Shown here piece after piece: positions 56,049-64,000 of a stretch of DNA of 64,000 nucleotides. The notes beneath the pieces were generated by a model. The model worked only from the letters and a program-made list of their open reading frames with translations, was not told the origin of the DNA and ran no database searches. The stretch is taken from the NCBI GenBank assembly GCA_951406725.2, contig OX597814.1:1860001-1924000 (forward strand), in the 5' to 3' direction. The position numbers and the translations under genes were made by a program. The number at the start of each line of letters is the position of its first letter. Positions within the stretch are counted from its first letter, which is position 1. The stretch is from Octopus vulgaris. Lineage: Eukaryota.

Positions 56049-56086
<38 letters not shown>

Positions 56087-56198
56087 GTCATCATCATCAT
56101 CATCATCATCATCGTCATCGTCATCATCATCATCATCATCATCGTCATCGTCATCATCATCATCATCATCGTCATCATCATAATCATCATCATCACCG

Positions 56199-56242
<44 letters not shown>

Positions 56243-56243
56243 G

Positions 56244-56275
<32 letters not shown>

Positions 56276-56310
56276 GTCATCATCATCATTATCATCATCA
56301 TCATCATCAT
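55862..56310. repeat. (CAT)n/(CGT) microsatellite
   Basis: Read directly from the sequence. Confidence 0.97.
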
Positions 56311-56674
56311 CGTTGTTGCTGTTGTCGCTGATATTGTTTTTTAGTATATTATTTTTATTCCTTCCCCTCCTACTTTTCAAACTCCTCCTCCTCCTCCTCT
56401 TCCTCCTCCTCCTCCTCCTCATCATCATCATCATCATCATCATCTTTATTATCATTGTTCTCGTCGTCGTCGTCATGAACATGCCCGCTGCGACCGCCGC
56501 CACTAAAAACCACCACCGCCACCACCACACTACCACTCCCCCACACACACCAATCCCACCGCAATTGCCATTTACCATTATTAATATGAAACGTAATAAG
56601 ACTAACTTTAAAATTAGAAATGTGTCAGGAATATAAAAAAAAAAGACCAGAAAAGCCAGAAAAGCAGTGGTCCT

Positions 56675-57645
56675 TGCAACAACAACAACAACAACAACAA
56701 CACTAACACCACCGCCTCTAGCAATGGCAACGCCACCACCACCACCACCACCACCACCATCAGCAACAGCAAAAAATAACACCATGGATACACACAATAA
56801 AGACAAAATCAACTGTATTACCTACAATAACAAACTTCCCACTATCACCGCCATAACGCCCTCCACCACCTCCACCACTACCACCATCGCCATCACCACT
56901 ACCACCATCGCCATCACCAACAGCATCTTCACCAATACCAACACCACCTCCACCACCACAACCATCACCAACACCACTTCCAGCATCTCCACCACCACCA
57001 CTACCACAGCCTTCACCAACACCACTGTTACCATCTCCAACACCACCACCACCACCACCTCCACCACCACCACTACCACAGCCACCACCAACCACCACCA
57101 CCACCACCACCACCACCACCACCAACACCACCACCACCAACACCACCACCAACAACAACACCAGCAGAAGCATTTCAGAGAATTAGAAAAACATCACTGA
57201 TAAAAACAATTCCGTCAGTACCACGGCGACGACGACGACCACCACCACCATTCCAACCAGTACCATCACCCCCTACTACCACTACCCCACCATCACTACC
57301 ACCACCACCACCAATACCATCAGTACAAACATCACCACTAATACTAAGGCCAGAACCACCACCACCACCACCACCACCACCGCCGCCACAGTTGCAACCA
57401 TCAGCTTCGCCACCTTCCCCGTCAGCTTTAGCCTCGCCGCCGTCACACAGACTGCAACCACACCACCACCACCACAACCACCAGAAATACCATCCACACT
57501 TCCACCACCACCACCACCACCACCACAGCTACCAACATGGCGAAACAAAACAACAAATACAACAACAATAATTCCGAAAGCAGCACTAACACCCTAACCC
57601 CCACCACTAGGAACAACAACAACAACAACAACAGCAACAGCAACA
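56675..57645. repeat. Degenerate (CCA)/(CAA) trinucleotide region
   Basis: Read directly from the sequence. Confidence 0.85.
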
Positions 57646-58145
57646 TTGATAAAATAAGCAAAAGAATATATTCTAAATGGGAAAGAAAGCTGAAAAGATC
57701 GTTTCTTGGCTGACCCCTAAATGTTATCAGCACTGACAAACTGGCAGTGCTAGCCCCTGGAGCTGTGGAGTAGAAATATGAGTTTAAAACATACATCACT
57801 CATTTGAAAATAAGGGTCAGAGGTGAGTGGAATAAGTCCTACTGCGTTGCTTAGTGAGAGAGTTTACTTCGACTTTGTCACAGAAATATGATAGAATGCT
57901 GAATCGACAGATTTTCCGTTGCTTCTTGAGTCTTTTCACTTTCTTTTCGCTTTTCTTTTCAGATTTTAGATTCTTCAAGAGAAATGGTAAGAGGTTCTAT
58001 CTTTATTTTATTCATTTATCTTTTTTTTCTTTTAGATTCTACTCCATTCGAAGGTCTTGGTGTTCGTTGCTAGCTTTTCTCTTTTCACTTATTAAACACA
58101 CTGCTAAATTCCGAGCGTATATACATGGCTATATACATACATATA

Positions 58146-58228
<83 letters not shown>

Positions 58229-58299
58229 CCTTAAATCCTTAAAAATGTTTTAGCCCGAAGGCCGCGGCCATGCTGGCCACCGCTGAATGAGCTACACTA

Positions 58300-59270
58300 G
58301 TTTGTGAATCCACCTCTGATACGTGGCACTTGATCAACAAGGGAGTTCGATGCTGCTGCCCGCATCCGCGTCTACTGTCGTGAGGTAGGTTCATCTGGAA
58401 CTCCCAACAAGAAGAGATCCAGTTTAGTTTTAAAGAAACCCACATCCACACCATGTAAGTGTCTCAGGCATTTAGGGAGGATGTTAAAGAGCTGTGGTCC
58501 TCTGAAACCCAAGCTGTTGCAGTATCTGGACCTGTATTTTTAAGGATGATGTTGGAATCCTTGGCACCACGCAGCGGCGCCCGTTCTGCGGCTGGAGTAA
58601 CTTTGAATGCCAAAGTTTGGGACAAGACCCTCCAGGATTTTCCAGATGTATATCACTGCATATCTCTCCCGCCTCCGCTCCAGGGAGAAGAGGTTTAATA
58701 CCTTCAGTCTTTCCCAGTAGCTGACATTTTGCATTGAGACGATTTTCTTTGTGTAGCTTCTCTGAATTGCTTCGAGTTCTGCTGTTTGTTTTATATTGTG
58801 TGGTGACCAAAGTTGGGAGCAGTAGTCCAAGCGGCTGAGGACGAATGTTTTCCATAGGACCATCAGTGTCTCCTTCTCTCTTGTTCTAAAAGTTCGGAGA
58901 ATCCATCCAGCTAGCCGTCTGCATTTTATCACCAGATTAGCAATATGCATTTGGAAAGATGCATCATTGCTCATGTCAATGCCCAGGTCACGCACTGATT
59001 TTGACTCAGGGATTGCAATTCTTCCTGGGCCAGTGTATCCAGTCTTCACGTCATTTACCTTTGTGTGCCAGTAGCGCAGGGCCTGGAACTTACCTGCATT
59101 AAACTGCATGTTGTTGTCCTCAGCCCACCTGTATATTGTGTCCAGCTCATGTTGCAGATGTGCAATATTTTCAGGGTTTTGTATTGCGTGGGAGACTTTT
59201 GTGTCATCTGCATAGCTAGCAAGGGTGGTCATCGTAGCAACTGAAGGCATGTCTGAAAGGGCCACTATAA
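58300..59270 (-). mobile_element. CR1/L2-like LINE 3' part (RT C-half), 5'-truncated
   Basis: ORF 58540..59274 contains SYADDTK, WAEDNNMQFNAGKF, RDLGI, LDYCSQLWSP and SLERRRER. It has a frameshift near 58575. Confidence 0.92.
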
Positions 59271-59289
59271 ACATATATATATATATATT

Positions 59290-59764
<475 letters not shown>

Positions 59765-59766
59765 TA

Positions 59767-59817
<51 letters not shown>

Positions 59818-59910
59818 GCATGTATGTGTATGTGTGTGTGAGTAACCTAGTTAGGTATACAGACAAAGTAAATTTAACTATTTCTCCGTAGATCAACAAA
59901 ATGATAAAAG

Positions 59911-59951
59911 CCTAAATCGTTTTTCGAACCTTATTGATGTCTCGTCAGAGG
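59911..59951 (-). ncRNA. Minimal type I hammerhead-like motif
   Basis: CCU-CUGACGA-GACaucaauaagGUUC-GAAA-AACGAUUU-AGG. The core is intact but stems II and III are imperfect. Confidence 0.5.
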
Positions 59952-60694
59952 TGTCTATATCACTTGAGCAATCCCAGAGAAACAAGCAGCCAATCTGTGT
60001 ATATACTCAACAAATGCCGACAGCTGGGGTTACTAATTTGCATACCATAAGAGCTTAGCACTTAGTCACAATACATGGAGTCAAGTAATCCGGTAGTACA
60101 CATAATTAAACCCCCTTAATGTATTCTGTAGGATTTTTTGCATTAATTATGCATTAATATAGACGAGCACAATAGCAAATCTTATCAGAACAAAACACAA
60201 ACTGCCTCAAACCAAACCATAAATTTATCACTATATATCACAAAGATGATATGAACAAAACCCGCCATATTAACTGCACACTACAGGCAGGTAGAATCGA
60301 GGATGTAAAGGCCTGAGTTGTTGACTTCACCGTTCTGACAGTTGCATTGGTCAGACGAGAGTAACAGTCTCTTGTGGGTTTACCATAGATTCAGAAGAAG
60401 GAGCAATAACAACAAACCAAGCCATTGAACATAAAACAAAACAAGGTAGGAAGATATCAACAGACAATACATTCATACGATGTAGAATCACTGACAAAAA
60501 ATAAAGGATTAAGAAGGCGAGCAATACTCGTATCTCAAAACGAAGCTCAAATTAGCAGACACACAACCTACACACATCATAAACAGGATAATCTCTTGAA
60601 TGATGACGTGTAGCTCTAAAGGCCGAATTTCGGCGCTAAAGTGTGAATAGCAAAAAAAACGTTCATTATGAGAGAGGCAACACCGAAACCAATA

Positions 60695-61105
60695 CCTATT
60701 TCTTTACTACCCCCAAGAGGCTACATACAGAGGAGACAAACAAGGACAGACACAGGTATTAAGTCGATTAGATCGACCCCAGTGCGTAACTGGTACTTAT
60801 TTAATCGACCCCGAAAGGATGAAAGGCAAAGTCGACCTCGGCGGAATTTGAACTCAGAACGTAGCGGCAGACGAAATACCTATTTCTTTACTACCCACTA
60901 GGGGCTAAACATAGAGGGGACAAACAAGGACAGACAAAGGGATTAAGTCGATTACATCCACCCCAGTGCGTAACTGGTACTTAATTAATCGACCCCGAAA
61001 GGATGAAGGGCAAAGTTGACCTCGGCGGAATTTGAACTCAGAACGTGGCGGGAGACGAAATACGGCTACGCATTTCGTCCGGCGTGCTAACGCCTCTGTC
61101 AGCTC
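60695..61105 (-). mobile_element. S1 SINE dimer
   Basis: Same dimer structure as 47575-47988. Confidence 0.9.
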
Positions 61106-61207
61106 ATGAACTGATGATCATTGCGGGACGATCGGCAAGTGTCTCAAAGAATTTCTCACTGTTGACAAAAAGGTGTAAAAACACAATAGCAACTCAGGGT
61201 GACCCCA

Positions 61208-61234
61208 CCCTAACCTTAACCCTAACCCTAACCC
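61208..61234. repeat. Short interstitial (CCCTAA)n telomere-type repeat
   Basis: CCCTAACCTTAACCCTAACCCTAACCC, about four units. Confidence 0.7.
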
Positions 61235-61567
61235 CACCCACCACTACTGGACTCAGCAACAACGCACACCAAAAGGGATGTAAATCCGACCTGACTGAGA
61301 AGCTAAGCTTCTCTTATAAGAAATCAATCAATATCAATTGGCAATCAGTATTAACTAGTGATGGCACATATCGATCGCTAGGCTGAAGCAAATTCGTGAA
61401 TAGATACGCGAAACAGGGCCTGAGCATAAATAAGCGTAAGACTAGTTCAAATATGCTTGAGAGATATTTGAACAAGTAAAAGTCTTTTCGCTGCAGTTTG
61501 TCTGAAGACTGTCCGTTTAAATCATAAACGAGGTCATAGGCTCACATAAGATTCATTAGTTTAGGAA

Positions 61568-61615
61568 TTTCTGGGCTGACGAGACGCACTATGTCGAAAC
61601 ATCGGTGTCCGAGTA
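61568..61615 (+). ncRNA. Type I hammerhead ribozyme, canonical core, weak stem I
   Basis: CUGGG-CUGACGA-GACgcacuauGUC-GAAA-CAUCGGU-GUC^CGAG. Stem III ACAUCGGUGU is self-complementary. A possible GIY-YIG tail remnant lies upstream at 61330-61440. Confidence 0.72.
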
Positions 61616-62244
61616 ACACTTTTACTAATGAATAGAATGTTTTATGAACACATGGCTGTCGTAAAGGTGTGCTCTCTCGTGATGAACACAACAACAATTA
61701 ACATATTTGTATTCGATTGCCGGAACGCATTGAAAATAAATACACAAGTCATCATTTTGAATCGCGTTGTCCATCGTGTATTTAACGATATCACATACAC
61801 ACACACACACAGACACACACACACACACACATACATACACACACACGCACGCACGCACACACGTAAATGTGTTTCAGTCAGAAGTTGGCCCCAGCCATAT
61901 CTAAATTACTGGCTTCAACTGATATTAAGTCATTTAGAAGTCGTTTTGTGGTATCATGGCCCATTGTTGACTGTGTACGTGCGTGTGTGAGAGTGTGTGT
62001 GTGTGTGTAATGCGCAGTGTGTATGTGTGTGTGCATATGTATAGGTATGTGTGTCTGTGAGTTTGTATATCTCGTTCACGTGACGAAAATTAGAAAATCA
62101 CTTGTCAAAAGATTAGAATAAATTCGAACGTTTCTGAGTTGCAGGTTAAAATGAACTGTAAAGAAGGAGGATGAAAAAACGTGCCGAAGGCCAGAAAATT
62201 TAAGTGAAGTCATATTTCACATACTTATAGTAACTAACAAAGCG

Positions 62245-62915
62245 TTCTAAGTTCAAATTCAATGCCGACTTCGCCTTTCATCCTTTCGGAGGTCGATAAA
62301 TTAAGTACCAGTTGCACACTGGAGTCGATCTCATCGGCTGGTTCCCCTCCCCCAAAATTTCCGGCCTTGTGCCTAGAGTAGAAAAGAAAAGAAACGTTAG
62401 CACGCCGGGCGAAATGCTTAGCGTTATTTCATTTGTTTTTACGTTCTGAGTTCAAATTCCGCCGAAGTCGACTTTGCCTTTCACCCTTTCGGGGTCGATT
62501 AAATAAGTACCAGTTACACACTGGGGTCGATATAATCGACTTAATCCGTTTGTCTGTCCTTGTTTGTCCTCTCTGTGTTTAGCCCCTTGAGGGTAGTAAA
62601 GAAATAGGTATTTCGTCTGCTGCTCCGTTCTGAGTTCAAATTCCGCTGAGGTGGACTTTGTCTTTCATCCTTTCGGTGCCAATAAATTTAGCACCAGTTG
62701 CGTACTGGGGTCGATATAATCGACTTAATCCCTTTGTCTGTCCTTATTAGTCATTATATTATAAGTATCTGAAATATCACTTCAGTTAAATTTTCTGGCC
62801 TTCGGCACGGTTTTTCGGGGTCAATAAATTAAGCACCAGTTGGGTACTGGGGTCGATATAATCGACTAGCCCCTTCCCCCAAAATTTCGGGTCTGTGCCT
62901 AGAGTAGAAAAGTAT
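62245..62915 (+). mobile_element. S1 SINE multimer
   Basis: About four repeats of the central domain/tail module. Confidence 0.88.
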
Positions 62916-63041
62916 ATAATGAATAATGTGCATTGTAAGCATCAAACGATTTGCTGCAGCATGGCCAGAGCCCTTTCTAGACCATGGTAATGATTATATT
63001 TCATATTAGTCATTATGTTATTATAAATAAAATAATGAGAA

Positions 63042-63130
<89 letters not shown>

Positions 63131-63138
63131 ACGACGTC

Positions 63139-63180
<42 letters not shown>

Positions 63181-63882
63181 GACGTCGTTGTAATATAAAA
63201 TAGTTCCTTTGCATTGAGAAAAAGACAGTAAGAAGGAAAGAAAAAAGCGAAGGAAGGAAAGAGACGAGAGATAAAAACTTGGAATATATATACAACAGAC
63301 TAATTCGAAAAGAGATGTTTTATTTTATTTTTTTTTTTGTTACTGGGAGGATTAATAAGATGAGAATAAAAAGTGAAATTAAATCTCTGCACTAGACAAG
63401 AAGATAATCTACTCCTGTAATAACCGTCTCTGTGTGTATTAATGTAACGAAGCAAATTAATATTATAAAAACAGGTCAACGAAGCTGATATAACGAACAC
63501 ACAAAAAAAAAAAAAACCAACAGAAAATTGATATTTGATAAAAAGAAAACCTATTGTAATACAATAACTGTAATGAAATATAAGAGGAAAGTTGTTTTTT
63601 AAAAACCAACCAACAGAACGACAATATAATGGTTAGAAAATAAAATATGAGAATGGTTTTTCCTCTCGTAATTAATTCAATATTGCGAATCCTATAGAAT
63701 GTTTTTTTTTTCTCCAACTAAATGAAACGATCTACGGTTTCAAATCGAGAGCTAGACTAACTTATATCACCATAGTTTCGGATTTTATATTCTGAAAGAT
63801 TAAAAAGTATACAGGTATCCTATAGGTATATTGCATTTGTCCATTCATCTGTTTTCTCTGCTCAGTATTAAAGGGAGGGGGT

Positions 63883-64000
63883 GGATGCGCAATGGCCCAG
63901 TGGTTAGGGCAGCGGACTCGCGGTCGTAGGATCGCGGTTTCGATTCCCAGACCGGGCGTTGTGAGTGTTTATTGAGCGAAAACACCTAAAAGCTCCACGA
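63883..64000 (+). mobile_element. SINE family S3, running off the window end
   Basis: A-box TGGCCCAGTGG and B-box GGTTTCGATTCC. Near-identical to 41226-41343 (minus). Confidence 0.85.

Noticed and set aside
61108-61140. CTGATGA motif
   Set aside because: There is no downstream GAAA or closing helices.
63883-63960. Possible tRNA gene (also 41270-41343 and 17610-17680)
   Set aside because: A/B boxes are present, but there is no proper acceptor stem and the sequence continues into a repeated SINE body. These are SINE heads.

Overview
This is AT-rich, microsatellite-saturated eukaryotic DNA with no recognisable host protein-coding gene. Almost all listed ORFs are translations of (TA)n, (TATG)n, (TATC)n, (CA)n, (AAT)n, (CAT)n or (CCA)n tracts. 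The SINE families and repeat landscape look like an octopus (coleoid cephalopod) genome; this is inference from recalled repeat families. Real coding signal comes only from transposon remnants: RTE LINEs (one open 3' half), CR1/L2-like LINEs, a Tx1-like LINE end, Dong/R4-like fragments, Penelope-like (GIY-YIG) remnants and several Tc1/mariner remnants. Non-coding elements include a MITE, a small Helitron and four tRNA-derived SINE families. The main unexpected signal is a dense and diverse set of type I hammerhead ribozyme (HHR) motifs on both strands (CUGANGA - stem II - GAAA - palindromic stem III - NUH). About six have canonical cores and roughly a dozen more are variant or decayed. They lie in short Penelope pLTR/retrozyme-like units mostly abutting (TA)n, often as inverted pairs, and one appears fused to a tRNA-headed SINE. 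All folds were done by eye and element boundaries are approximate.
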